A stretch of DNA of 59,435 bases, filler included, from Sphacelaria rigidula (GCA_964200075.2; 8 parts of 8 records of this genome joined end to end with filler, not necessarily neighbours in it), one strand, 5' to 3'. Counted from the whole stretch's first letter, positions 34,215-47,629 are shown. The notes: generated by a model not told the origin, from the sequence alone. Numbers and translations: made by a program.

Positions 34215-36820
34215 ATGCTCGGAGCCAGCAGAAGTGCAGCTGCTGAGCGATACTGCAGGATTGCCTGCATCGAGAGAACAGGACATAGAAAAATGGCAGC
34301 GCGGGAATCGAGACCTCTTTTCCATTCTGTAATTCGCCACCACCGGGTCAGCGACATCCTCATGCGACTGTACGAGGGCCGGGGGCAGGGTGAGGGACTC
34401 GACAATGGCATATCTACCTGGAATGCCCTTGTGGGAAAAAATGACCGCTCTCCAAGAGAAACGCGACGAGCTTGCTACGACGAGCTGTGCAACACGAAGA
34501 TACAGCATGGGCAGGGTCCGGAGGACTCCTGACAAATGTACGACCCTCGGGCCCAACTGCATGGCATGGGAGAGGTGGTCTCTGATGAGAGGCATGAGGG
34601 CATAATTCTGCGTTCCATCTCCAACGACTACGACTTTGTGCGACATACCAGCTTCCGCCAACGCACTCCGGGGTGGAGGAGATCAAGTCCACAATGCGGA
34701 ACATGTTCATCGATGACGTTTCTCGCGTGTCTACAAAGTCTATTGGGGGCCGCAGTGTGGCCATGCAGGCGGCGCACAGCGACCTCAGCGGTATCCAGTG
34801 CTTTAACTGTAGCAACTACGGCTACCGTCGCAGCGCATGCCCTGAACCTCTACGACGGAGACCGCTGGAGTAGCAACAGAAGCAGAGGCAGAAGAAGCAG
34901 CACCGGAAGAAGGGAGGAGACGGAAACTCCAAGTGGTGCTCTCTACACAAGACAAGGCGACGAGCACTGTCTCAAGCAGGCTACGAAGAGGGAACAAGTC
35001 AGCAGCATCAACTTCGCTAACATTGGCAGCGCGTGAAGTGTCCAGACGACGAAGCCCGAACAGACAACGTTTGAGTTCTCATTTGTATCTGTCAGTACTG
35101 CACTCGCGACAGTAACGGAGGAGTCGAAGAAGCCAGCGGAGCCCGAAAACTCAGCCCTGATTCTTGGACCACCGCCGGTTGAAACCTTGAGGAACGGACT
35201 ACGGATACTCTAGGATTATTCGGGGATGGTGGGGAAGTTCCGGATGGGGAATCAAATATGGCGACGCCAACGACTTGGGGATCGGTGAAGCACAATAAAC
35301 AACGCATTAACAGCACAATCCTGATTATGCTGGTGGATAGCGGTGCATTAACTCAATACCTTGAACAGCGAGTTCGCCCCCGGAATATAATTCCGACAAA
35401 CTACACGGAGCTGAAGCAGTCTTATAGGATTGTTACCCCTGGAGAACACGTTGTGGAAGACGTCGCAACGGGCACCATTTCCGGTGCCGTCACCGACTGA
35501 GACGGAAAAAAGCACCCCAGTGTCCTCTCGGTCGTGGTCGGGCCTGGTCTGGGACGGCGCCCAGTTTCTGTAGCTACGACATCGAACCGTGCCTGGAGAT
35601 ATGAAGTATCATTCTGCCGTCGAAACGGCTTGAGGATCACGAAGGGTTGTACTCCTTTTCGTCGGATTTGGGCACGCGAATCAATGGAAATGGCCATGGG
35701 AACGGAGTCGGCGGACCTGTGGCACATACACTTGGGACACGTCAACCGCAGGAGCCTGGGTGTTCTGAAGACGGTGGACGACAACGGTGTCAACTACCAC
35801 GGGGACGTGTTGGCTTGCGATGTCTCTGCCACCGGAAAAAACACACACAAATTCACCCCGAGGAGGCAACCTACGACGTCAGCCGTCTTTTTCAACTCGT
35901 CTACATCGATCTCATGCGGCCCATCACCCCTCCCACGTTGGGGGGTTGTGACCAATTCAGCAAGTTCACCGACCAGGTGACCAAGTGGAAAGATTCCTCG
36001 CCATGGGCGAGAGCGACTCCTTTGATTCGCTCATATGTTCGTTCAAGCCCTCGTAGTTCCGGGTAGATTGCCAGTGGAACGCCTCTGCACGGATAGAGGC
36101 GGGGAGTACATCGGTGGTGTGTGCAAAGACTACTGTCTTTAGAGTAGCATTCGACACGAGTTTGCGTCTAGAAACACACCATAGCAAAACGGTGGCTGCG
36201 AGCGTAGCGAGAGGACTCTCGCCGGCATCCTACGCTGCCTTCTCACGGGCTCCGGACTGCCGGCGTTTCTCTGGGGAGAACTGATGCAAACCACAGCATT
36301 CCTAGCGGACAGGGTGTCGCATGCAGCGTTGGGAAACATGACGCCGTACAAATATGTATACGGCAAGGAGGCAAGCCTAGGACATTTTCGGGTCGTCGTC
36401 GCCAGGGAGTTTGTTTACGTTGAAAGGCACACCAACAAGCACGATCCCCAGGCTTGGGAAGGACGGCTTTATGGGTACAGCATGGACAACAAGTTGTTTA
36501 GGATCTACAATCCGGCCAGGAATAGCGTAAGATAAATCAGGAACGCTATTTTTATCGAGACACCTTCGTCTACGCTGCGGGATCCGAACCTGATGGGCAA
36601 TTTTAACGGCACTGGTTTCACGTACCAGGATCACGACAACTTGTGAGAGATGTCATAAACTATACTTTACGCCTCGACCTCAATTCGCCACTCAACCACA
36701 TCGTGGGGATCCGTCCGTCAGAATCGGATAGCGACGAACTTCGGGACATTCTGCAAAAATCCGCAACTTTACCGTTCGTGACCTGGGCCTACGCGCCGGG
36801 TCACAGCCTGCATCACCAGG
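34215..36820 (+). mobile_element. Degenerate Ty1/copia LTR retrotransposon (gag-PR-IN; RT absent)
   Basis: Knuckle CFNCSNYGYRRSAC, protease MLVDSGA, LWHIHLGHVN, integrase VYIDLM / TDRGGEY / QNGGCER / LPAFLWGE, and FRIYNP. The PR-IN order is copia-type. Many frameshifts. Confidence 0.92.
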
Positions 36821-37082
36821 AACTCGTGCTACGATAGGGGGCGGGGGTGTTCGATTCCACAAAAAAATGGGCTCACAGGTCCTTCAGATGACGTAACACA
36901 CTCGCGGTGCGCTTGTATTTGGGTAAGCGCGGTCACAAGCAGTATAAATAAGCGATTTATAGTGGGAGAAAGTGTTCGAACAGCCGTTGCTGCAATCAAC
37001 CACGATTGCAAGTAGAACTTCGTGGACGAAAACGGCCCAAAATACTACCACACCCGTCCTCCCCGCCCCCCCCCCCCCCCCG
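36821..37082 (+). mobile_element. Diverged GAG...CTC MITE copy (subfamily of 58345-58594) truncating the copia element
   Basis: CTACGATAGGGG end and interior CACTCGCGGTGCGCTTGT...GGCCCAAAATAC align with 58345-58594. Confidence 0.65.
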
Positions 37083-37112
37083 ATCTCGTCACATCACCAT
37101 AACTCCCGCTGC

Positions 37113-37212
37113 NNNNNNNNNNNNNNNNNNNNNNNNNNNNNNNNNNNNNNNNNNNNTTAATTAATTAANNNNNNNNNNNNNNNNNNNNNNNNNNNNNNNN
37201 NNNNNNNNNNNN
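37113..37212. other. Artificial contig spacer
   Basis: N44-TTAATTAATTAA-N44. Confidence 0.99.
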
Positions 37213-37280
37213 GATCTGACTCGAAATTTCGAGCAACAAATGGCCCAAAATACTTCCCCACCCCTATCGTAGGATGGCTC
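37213..37280 (+). mobile_element. Right end of a GAG...CTC MITE (subfamily of 58345-58594)
   Basis: GACTCGAAATTTCG...AAATGGCCCAAAATAC...CCCCTATCGTAGGATGGCTC. Confidence 0.75.
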
Positions 37281-38217
37281 CAAAGATGAAAATACTCATA
37301 AATCCTGTAATGATAACGATGACGATGATGATGATGATGATGATATTGGCGATGATGGCGATGATGGCGATGATAATGATGACGATAACCTTATGCAATT
37401 CACGCGACAGACATTTCGCCCGGTTGTGTTCTCATTTGCCCCCCCGTCGCTTGTTTTTCAATCGAGCCTTGCACGACTGCCGTGTGCATCCTCCCTTAAC
37501 CTCAAACTGCTTCTGTCATGACCCAATCATCATCTTTGGCACTGTAGACCCCAGACTTTCACGGCGAAACTCCGAATTTCACCGGCTGATATTGTCGGAA
37601 TAGACTACATCGAGACTTGAGCGGATTCGAGGGAGCTTGGGTGCTGTCATCTCTCCCTGTTCCTTGCGCGTTGCCTTGTGAACCCTCTATGGTCTACGAC
37701 ACCAATGTGTTGTACCCACCCCACGCGACGTACTCGTCGTGCCATAGCGGAAAATAACACTCGATAAGGATTGATTCGCAGGCCTCTGCGACAAAGCAGT
37801 AACATATCTTTGGTTCGTCTACTAATAGGCGGTTTGCCTCGCAAAATAATACAATGTGGCGATTGTTCCTACTACCCCGTGTCTGCAACATGCGTTCCAC
37901 GAAGCTCTGCCGACTCCATTTGAACGTGGACAAACAGGCAACACGCAAAACAACAACCAACACGTTAGTATTTGTCCAGTGTACATCACGGCTACTGAGG
38001 CACTGATCATTCCCCGTCTTCAAAGCATCGCACCACGACTCTCGACTACCCAGAAATAGTGCATCCATTACCTGCGGGAAGAAGATGTATTCCGAGCGCA
38101 AAGGAATTTTATATTTGTATGTTGGTGCGTCGAAAACAGATTGGCCTGGTAAACAGCTGGATGATGCTGCCTTTCCTCAACATATATATGAACGCTCTAC
38201 GGCATAAGGCCTCTCAC

Positions 38218-41200
38218 AAGTGACTTCGCGAGATCACCCTCCCCATCGTCATCGGATCCCTCAGCACCAGCACCCCTTTGAAGCCAAGGATGTCGCAAAG
38301 CTTGCTCAGCGGTCAGACGCTCATTCGAGTCTACTGTGAGTAGAGCGACGATCAGTGCTTTCGCGTCGTCCGACACGGCGGCCCAACACTCCTGCAAATA
38401 TATCATCATATCAAGAGCGCCGGGGGAGGAAGGGGAGACCGCAATGTTCATGTTCCCAATATTAGTGCTCAAGGCGTGTTACACCGACGGAAATCCTTGT
38501 AATCACTTTCAACTGATCTATTGAACTTTTGAACACAACATCGGGAGTATTCCAGGACCCATACTGTACTTCCTCTGTGCCACCAAAACAATCTTTTTCG
38601 GGGTGCAGACCGTACCCCCCAGCGGAGATACTCCCGATGCTACAGTTAGATTTGCTTAGAACATTAAATCGTGGAGATACCCACTGGGATAACAAAATAA
38701 AGTACCAATTTTTTGTCATGTGTGTGTTTTTTTTGTCCTGTAACACTGGCGTGTGCTTACAGCTACTCGTCGATATCCTACTCAGGGATATCAAGGGCTT
38801 TAGCGGCAAGCTACTACAGAACTCGTATCGAGCCTCGTGGAGGGGCATTTTGGAAGTGAAACGATTCATTCATCAACGATTCATTCATTCATTAACGATT
38901 CATTCATTCATTAACGATTCATTCATTAATTGACCGCTGCTCACTCTCAATCGTATCCTCTACTCTCAATCTCACGGAAACATTGTCACTTACGGAGAAA
39001 GTCTGGGTCGAAACTGGGGGAAAATTCGGGAAGATTTTGGGAATCGGCGCCGCAGAAAGGCAGGAGCGTTGGAAAAAATATGATCAGGCGGCCTTTGCCG
39101 AGGTCTGGGACTATCCAGCATCGATTTTCAGTGATGGCGAGGACGACTAATTGTTGTTTGTTTTCGGTGCGTTCTTTTCCCCAGAATAGGGACGAAATTC
39201 CGCCAATTTCGGGCCGACTGATGGTGTTCCCGCCGTTGGCCCATGCAGGGAAATGCGCACAAAAACAAGAGTATTTCATTCAAAAAACGCCAAAACTTGT
39301 GATAAAACTATCGCCTACGGCATCGGACACGGTCATGAGCCCACATGAACGTATAAGACTTTGCTTGGGCCACAGAGAAAGTATACTTGTATGGCTGACT
39401 TCGCCTATTCCTCACGAGACGGCTACGACTGTGTTCCTCTATTTTCGATACTCACCAAACACAAACATGTGAGTCCGCGAGGGATCCAGTCGTGGTTACA
39501 AGGTAGGAGTACGCACAGTGAACATAAGAGGAAACACTCGCTGAGGGGAATTCAAGAAGGAGGACATACAAGGGAAGACAGAACAGGAGGAGTGACCTAA
39601 GTCACAAGGAGAGACAAGATCGGAAAAAGAAAAAAACGAAAGGGGAGGAAAGGAAAGGAAAGGAAAGGAAAGAAAAGGAAAGAAAAGCAAAGGAAAGGAA
39701 GCGAAAGGGAAGAGAAGAAGAACGACAAAAACCTATCACGACGACGAAACTGGTGATATAACGGTGATACGATAGTGACAATGATGATGGTGATGATAAC
39801 GATGATGAGGATGATGAGGATGATGATGATGATGATACTGATAATGATGATTATTATAAAAAAAACGCCGGCCCCTGCTGCACGGCTTCAGGTAAGGAGG
39901 CCATGCACTATATATACATATATATATGAGCATAATAAACACCTGTGCACAAGTGCAAACCAGCGAGAGACGAATAATACATCAGAGAAAACTGTTCCGC
40001 CAGTAACATGAGTGAGCTGCCCGCAGGCACCACACCCGTTGTATACGGATCTCCTGTATCCTATACAACCGGTATTGGGGCGCAGTAGTGAGAACTTGAC
40101 ATTACGAAGTAACCGTACCCCCCGGGTTGGGAATCTGTGACTCTGACTACCACCTGACTCACAACCGATCATTGTTCTACACACCAACAGAGAAAATACA
40201 CCCCACTATGGGGTATACTCGGCAACAGGACTAGTGTACGACAGCAACCTTCAGCAGGAGGAAGCGGAAATCCACCTTCGGCATCATTCTAAGGTGTACC
40301 GCAGACCCTTACGTACTGCAGACGAATCGACAGTGACGAACAGCAATTCGAAAAGGACTCGCGGATTCTCAGCGATGGTACAGCCAGGGAAGAGAGTAGA
40401 AACAATCAAACGGCAACACTCTCCACCCCGCCTGAACATGCCGAGCGACAAAAACAGCAACAACAGTAGCCCGGAGGCAGCCACGTCACCCGGCACTGGC
40501 GCCGCGGAGGAGTTCCCCGTGCAGACCACCTCTACGACTGCAGCAGCTTCCCCACCCCCAGTCAGGCGCTCCGTCTCGAAAGGGATGCGTGGTCAGTGGT
40601 CAAACGGCTAAGGTAAGCAACAAATGAGTACGCCCCCCCCCCCCCCCCCCCCCCAAGTCAGGCGATAAGTCATCCCACCCCACACCCGACAGCAGAGAAC
40701 CAGAACGTCAGCCAAAACGGTGACGGAAACACAGGGCCCGATGGTAGCCCCAGCGAAGTAGACCGCAAAAACTGAAGTCGGGGTTGGGATGGCGGCGGGA
40801 ACGAGATACAAGTTCTGAGTGGAAGCTACAGTGGTTGAGAGGAGAGGCAGGACGACAAGGTCCACGACGTCAAGGTGTCGGTGTCCATCGCACAAGAAAC
40901 CAACATAGCCACGGTAGAGGCCGTGCTGCGACTGCTGAGTGCTCTCGGAGCAATACAAAATCCCCGGCGTGGGTGCTTGGAGTGCCTGGAACTCTCGGCA
41001 CCATTGCGCCCTCCGATGACGCGCTTCAACAAGTCACCCCGGTGGAACAGAGTGGCGTATTTAGCCGATCTAGTAAAGAAATGGAATCTGGGACAGCTTA
41101 TGGCCAGCCCTTCGAGAGAGTATGTGGAAAGCACCAGCAGCAAAGAAAAACAATCGATAAAACTCCTCTGGTAGCGACAATGAACTAATCCCAACAGTCA

Positions 41201-44076
41201 AACCGAACACTCGCTGGAGATGCAGCAACTTGAGATGTTACGCTCCAAAACGCTGTTCCGCAGGCAAATGCTGGAAGCGTCCACTCAATCGACACGCGAA
41301 GGCTCGCGAAAACGAGAGAGGGTAAAGCGCGCATGCATGAACACACGACGCAATTCGGTTAAGAGCGAGCGGGCCTACGCATACACATGGCGCTGCATGG
41401 ACACATAACCGCGGGTATCCTAGCGGTCATGCGCGAGTACCGGTCGACGGCTCACATCGAATCTCATGACCGGTGCAGTCGGAAGTGATGGAACGTCGGT
41501 GCATCAAACACCTTTACGTCCTGCTACGAGGAGCAGTCCTTGATACATACACTAACAATGAAATCGGCACATTGGAGTGGCATACGACAACGAATCTATA
41601 GCGACTAAGAGTGTAAGGTAGGGAAGTACAAACCAGAGCTCCAGCAGCACGGAATGAGGGTGCATAGGTACACCAACGTGTACTTTTCCCCGAACCGCGT
41701 CGTAGTCCGACCTCGCGACACAGCAGATTTGAAGTTCTCTACTGCATCACAGACGCATTCGTACAGAGTATTTGCGTAGACATATCGAGTTCTACATATC
41801 TTCGCTGCTGGGCCATCGACCTCACGTTGTCAAGAGGATAGGGATCAGAGAGACGGGAACGCCCAGGCGTTCTTCGCAAGAGGGTGCGGTTCGGCCATGA
41901 ATAATAGGGGGACAGCATTCGTAGGTAATGAATGTTCGTCTACACAATTCAATGATAGAAGGATATTCCTACGTGAAGCAAAACATTGAAAGTTAGGTGT
42001 GCGGCCAGTCTGCGCAGTAACAGTGTTTCTTGCGGATGGCTCAAGTCCGACGTCATGGATACCAGGAACTGGTAAGTACGTCAACTGAGTCGACACTTTC
42101 AAGGGGTAAAATACACCCACGAAGAAAATTGCTTGCCGTCGCTTATTCGCTGTATTTACGGTACTGGTACGAGGCTGCTGATGAATGGCATAGAGGATTA
42201 CCCGTATTATTCTTCCGAAGATGTGGAGGCATTTCAAACGTTTCACGATGCTGAAAACCATTATTTTGCAACAACGGGGAAGACGGGTGGTGTAAGGAGT
42301 ACGGAAAAAGAGTAATGTGGGTGAGCAGCGGCGATTATGTGTGAATCTCCAAGTTTATCCACATTAACAACAATCTTAACTTCCTCGGAACGCGAGAGGA
42401 TGTACATTTTCCCGGAGTCTTCTCGCACGCCTCACGCCGTTATACAGTACGCCGTCTAGTTGCTTGAGGCGATCGCATGATAAGCAACTTGCCACGCGGG
42501 TACCAGCGTGGTGGCCCCTGAGGCATTTTTCCTCCGTGAAATCATATGGTTCGTTAGGGGGGCAGCAAGGCTTATCTCGTCAGGGGGGGCGACAAGGCTT
42601 ATCTCATGAAGACGATCGATGAAATCATGCACAGCACTTGCAATATCGAAACCTGTGAACTCCGATTACATCAGACGTCTTCCGGACGACATTGATCTCT
42701 CAGCAGCCGGAGCTGACAAAGAATCGAACCCCTGAGGCACCAAATTGAAACACAAAAAAAAAAAAATGAGACAAAAATCCCTGAGTCAAGTCAAATCAAG
42801 GAATACCATGCGAACATTGTAAAAGAGCTAGACGTGAAGCAAGTAACTGTTACGGCATTGTGAGGTTGGATAATGGCACCGAGAAGTCCTACGGTAGAAG
42901 TTTTCCGGGCGAACTACTCGTTTCGCATAGAATCAAAACGAGGAAAACCCGGGCTAATCTCAACTCAAGATGTGTAAGATACTCGTAAACTAAACAAGAG
43001 TATCTTCTCCACATGGATGCTTCCAGACGATGACAGGTGAATACATCAGATGGTCGCCGCCAATCTCCGCATCCAATCCCACCATTGTAACTACGGTAGA
43101 AAAACAGCTCTGTGCTGCACTAGCAGCAGCAGGGTCACGGTGCGAACATGTATTGGAATACAGCTTGTTTATGCCGCAGCACTAGTTGGAGGCGGTTGCT
43201 AGTTGAGTTTCGTACTCATTTTGAGCCAAGATTTGCCGAAGCAGAACCTGTTGCGGGTTCCGGCATCGCAGCGTAATGCTGAGGGGGAACGTAGTTCAAC
43301 CCGTCGAATATAGGTAGGTATATCCCTTACATTTGTAGTCTACTGTTGTACTGCCCATAGAGGCAGTGAAACAAACCGCGCTTTGCATGGGGCTTTGCCG
43401 GACGATACGCGTTGCGGCCTGCTGAAAAGAGGAAGACGTTGTTCGATTTCACTCACGTGCTGCTACGAGGAGTTTACGCTTATCACGGCGAGTGGTATTT
43501 CGTAAATAGGACATCGGTAGGCGCTAAGATGTCCCGGAATCGTACAATAGCATCCAATCGCTGGAGTTTCTGCGATTTACTCGTGTGATCCCTACAAGAG
43601 GAGCGGCCTTCCTCGGGGGGCTGAATCGCAGCCGGACTATTATCGACAAAATTGGAGTAGTGTCAACATGTCGACGCGTCCACCAGTGTGAACACTCGAC
43701 TCGCGCTCGATCTAAATACGTCCGAGGTCGAACTGGTGGGGAACCTTCACGTACCTTGAGGCTTCGGAAGCGCAAATTGAGTTTTATCAACAGGAGTCGA
43801 AACGGTGCGCTACAGTGCGGTGACTGTAATCAGTGCAAATGGGATACGTGAGGGTAGCGCTACGTGCGGGAGGGCGCAAAGTGTACATGTAGTATTTTAT
43901 CGAAATTTCGAACCCACAGTGAAACCCTGACATTTGTCGTATTTCGATCGTACCTGCGTAAACTCCACCCGGCCCCTTTTGATCAGTCGAAAGAGCTTTT
44001 CCGGTCTGGAAGAGGCGAATGGGCAGTACCCTCCGAGCAAGATGAACATTACCACGCCAGCTCCCCAGCAATCGAC
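38218..44076 (-). CDS. Two exons (44076-43954, 38391-38218) of a CAMK/CDPK-type Ser/Thr kinase, subdomains IX-XI, separated by a 5.6-kb TE-filled intron
   Basis: VDCWGAGVVMFILLGGYCPF...LFRLIKRGRVEFTQ|ECWAAVSDDAKALIVALLTVDSNERLTAEQALRHPWL; CAG/GT boundaries, phase 0. Confidence 0.88.
38712..38985 (+). mobile_element. Third copy of the 27632/28000 MITE family, with an internal (ATTC)n expansion
   Basis: TGTAACACTGGCGTGTG...GATATCCTACTCAGGGATATC...CTACTCTCAATCTCACGGAAACATTG. Confidence 0.75.
39620..39855 (+). repeat. (GGAAA)n purine tract and imperfect (ATG)n microsatellite
   Basis: Directly visible simple repeats; a similar (ATG)n lies at 37310-37390. Confidence 0.85.
40430..43070 (+). mobile_element. 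Possible heavily decayed copia-like element inside the kinase intron
   Basis: Ordered remnants: low-complexity gag-like frames, VFLADGS (about 42025), IPCEHC (about 42803) and HMDAS (about 43010). Confidence 0.35.
40569..40654 (+). mobile_element. 86-bp 5'-truncated LINE insertion with C22 tail and 9-bp TSD
   Basis: Encodes PSRKGCVVSGQTAKVSNK*, then GTACG-C22. AGTCAGGCG is repeated at 40560-40568 and 40656-40664. Confidence 0.85.
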
Positions 44077-44348
44077 CTGAGCATGCGGCAGTGTGTGTGA
44101 CATGTCAGCGGTTGGTGTGCCAAGCAGTGATTTGTCAATGCATATCCTGGTGGATCACTTTTAAAAATCAAAATTTGCAAACCCTGTACTGCATGTTAGA
44201 AGGCCCAGTGTATGTACAATAAAATGTGCCGTAAAAGGACCTCGACGAGTGCCTGCCGTGAAATACCTTGAATGTAGACGAAATAGAGTACGTCCAGGCG
44301 ATCACTTAGTCCTACGATAATTGAACACTACTACCGTATGTACTTCTC

Positions 44349-44553
44349 ATACTGATCCGGTAGTTCTTAGTGGAAGGGCTATGGCGCACTGGATAAAAGA
44401 CACGCTGTGGATAACAGGCTGATGATCCTCTAGAGCCCCTATCAACGGGACCGTATGGCACCTCGATATCGATTCATCACATTCTCGAGCTGGAAAAGGT
44501 TCCAAGGGTTCGGCTGTTCGCTGACTTAAGTGGTACGTGAGTTGGGTTTAGAA
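44349..44553 (+). pseudogene. Organellar (probably mitochondrial) LSU rRNA domain V fragment, i.e. NUMT/NUPT
   Basis: Colinear with the 23S-type peptidyl-transferase region (GGATAACAGGCTGAT, GGCACCTCGAT, GGCTGTTCGC, GGGTTTAGAA) but substituted at conserved sites; abuts nuclear intron DNA. Confidence 0.85.
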
Positions 44554-44653
44554 NNNNNNNNNNNNNNNNNNNNNNNNNNNNNNNNNNNNNNNNNNNNTTA
44601 ATTAATTAANNNNNNNNNNNNNNNNNNNNNNNNNNNNNNNNNNNNNNNNNNNN
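44554..44653. other. Artificial contig spacer
   Basis: N44-TTAATTAATTAA-N44. Confidence 0.99.
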
Positions 44654-45804
44654 TCTAAATTCAGAGAAACCGCCCGGATGTCGCAAGTGCGTTGCACTAC
44701 AGTAGTAGTGTTCGAAAGCCTCACCGCGAAACCCGTTCTCAACATAGCCACGGCGGAGGTGGTCACACAAGGCGTGGTAGCTGGTTCAGACTGGATGAAG
44801 CGCCTCGCATGGGCACTACTGGCGAAACAACCCCAAGCGTTGGACTAACTCTTACCCCCCGTCGTGTGTGTCTGCAGCTTTATTGTGGGGCATCCATTTT
44901 ATCCAACTGACGACTGTACTGTAGTGATGCTGTACTGTGGTGATGGTATATCTCAGCAGACTGCTGAGTGATGCTGCGTTTCAAAGATCGCTGGCGTCTG
45001 TCCCCGCATTGGATCGTTTCGCTGACGGCGGTCGTCGCCGGCGCAACAGCATGAAGTCTCTCTCAGATACTCAACAAGAGGCGCTCGAAAACTCGATGAC
45101 TATTCCAAAGAAGTATGTGTTCAGCATGCTTTGCTACGTGTTGCTTAGACCGGGGATGCTCGAAAGATGCAGGACAATGAATGACGGCGGTTTTTCTGTT
45201 GGACTACTCATCACCATGCTTGCGCTGCGGTGCAAACACTTCTGTGTTAAGGGCACATGGTCGAAAGCGGTTGCGAATCCCGAGCGTTTCGAACAAAATA
45301 AATGCAATCTCGATGGTCCGTTGAACCTCAATTAAACGTTGAACCTCGAAAATGAATTTAGGCTGTTCAATGTATTTGTGTACAATCTGCAAGTTGAAAT
45401 ATCTCTCAACATTTGCGTATCAACCTCTAACTGTACAACGACAATGCACGAAGAAAGCTCAACTGAGGACGTCTATTGACCCTGGCAACATCTCAGCATA
45501 TCTACGAAAAGCTTCAAGGAAACCACATACATTAGTGCTGAACATAAACTCTTGCTAACTATGGCAGAACAATGAAGACTGAGAGCAAGACACAGCAGAA
45601 GGTTGTGGGAGTGGACCGGAACGGAAAGCAGGAGCAACCAAAAGAGACACATGTTGATAAACAGAAGGTGATGGTCGGGGTTGACCATTCCTTCTGTTGT
45701 CGGAAGTGCATTTTTAAGGAGGAGAAGATGGGTCACCACCTGGAATGGAGAGAAGGAGTTGGTGTACGGGGTGCCGAAACGCGGCAAATCGGTTGTTAAA
45801 TTCA

Positions 45805-46056
45805 CCAAACCCCGAACCCCAGGAGATCGAATCTGAGGAACACAGAAAGGTCGACGAAAAAAGCGCCGCGCGGAAGTCTGCAATCAGGCAACAATAAACA
45901 GGTGAACGGTGACACCGAAACTCGACAAATCGACTGATAAATTGACCGAACCCCAGACCCCGAGATATCGAATATAAGGAACACAGAAAGGCCGATGGAA
46001 AAAGCGCCGTGCGAAAGTCTACAAGCAGGCAACAACAAACAGATCAACGGTGATAC
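45805..46056 (+). repeat. Two-copy direct repeat, period 141 bp
   Basis: GGAACACAGAAAGG...AAAAAGCGCCG...CAGGCAACAA...AACGGTGA occurs twice. Confidence 0.8.
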
Positions 46057-47629
46057 AAAACGATTGTACTAACTGATCACCCTTACGTTACTATGTGTTT
46101 TGCGCAATACAGTCACACATGTTAGACGTATACAGCGACATGGTCGAAAGAAAAATCTAGCCCGAATGAAACAGAGACGCTCTTCTTTCGTTCTGGTGTC
46201 TTCTGTCTTCATCCTGTATGCATGTAAAGGTGAAATTTCCCTTTTTCAGAATCAAATTTTCGTTTTTCATAATCAAAGTGTCAGGGCCACCATCAGGGTC
46301 CCGCGTATCGTGTCATGAGGAAGGAAGATAGAGAGACGTTATTTGTTCCTTCAGACAGTTTTGGGGTAGGTTGACTTACAGATCATTCGATCTGTTCATG
46401 GGATTACTCCCATAGTTTTGGGGAAGGTTGGCATGCAGACTTGCGTACCCTGGCCCCGAGGAGGAGGAACGCCTTCTCGGGCCTAGGTCAGGGAGGTTAT
46501 GCTGCATGCATCCTCGATCACTCTCGGAGCTGGACCCTCTGCATCTACTGCTTACCTTCGGTGAGAACAGTACGCTCGGCGAGCAAGAGAATAATAAGCG
46601 AGAATGACAAGGTACCAGGCCTTCGAGCTCCTTTCTTTGCTACTGTTGACCAACCGTCGTGTGAACCTGTGCGTGAATCACACACCTGCAGCTTGTTCTG
46701 CTCGGACACATTGCACCTTGTGCATTTTGCCAAGCTTGCAGCACATTGATAAATACTCATCTAGGAAGGTGTGTGGAGCCTTCCATATTACACTGACGTC
46801 GACTTAATTGGCCGTGTCTTTCTTGGTTCTTCAGTAGCCTTTCCCTCGTATTCTTGTAGCCTCGTTGCCTTGTTTAGCTATCTCTTCCTGTAGCCCTCGT
46901 TTACTGCTCCTCGCTTTTGGTTGGCCCTGTAGTTTCCCTTTTTTTTGCAGCAGTTTCCACAGTCCCTGGTTTTCATTTAGCTTTGAGGGTGCTTTCATAT
47001 ATACTGTGTGACAGTGCTGTTATTCTGCATCTGTTCGGTTGCATTTTTCCACCTCCACCGCTGCAGCAGCCACAACTTCTCCGCCGCTGGCACACTCTGT
47101 CTTTTGTTCTTCTCCTGCTTTGGTCGCTCCTTTTGCTGAGCCCGCACTCTTGATCTGTAGTGCCCTTGCTCTCTTGTCATTGTCCTCCTGTCCCACATCA
47201 CTTGACGAATATTCCGTCCAGCGCTGTGTCAGATTGCTCGTTGCAGCCCCTTGCAGGCACTTGACATTTCACCTTAGTGGGCAGACCCAACACCGCTTTT
47301 ATTTTACGGCGCAAGCGACTACCCTTTATCCTTGCAGGACGTTGACACTCGTGTGCCGCTGCTGTGTCTATCGTGAGGTGTTCCCTCACCCTTAACACCG
47401 ACTGTCTTAGTGTTTTGGCTCACCGCTTGTAAGCCACACGCTTACTTTTTTCTGTGCAGCAACTGGGTAGGTAGTAACTGCCGCTCCACCGTGTAGCAGT
47501 ACTATAGTGCACATCATATGTTCCCCCGGGCGATAATCTGCCCTAACACGATCACTCACTAGTATCGGTGCTGTACTTCTGTCACCGCACCCTCTCTCAG
47601 GTTTACACAACACCCAAACTTCCCGTCGG

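Noticed and set aside
42881-44348. Pack-type transposon capturing the kinase exon (GAGAAGTCCTACGGTAG...CTACCGTATGTACTTCTC)
   Set aside because: Flanks do not form a TSD (CACC/ATAC), a nearer partner end exists at about 43009 (flank CACA), and the exon splices in frame to the next kinase exon.
44349-44553. Functional rRNA gene
   Set aside because: About 200-bp fragment with substitutions at conserved sites, embedded in nuclear DNA.
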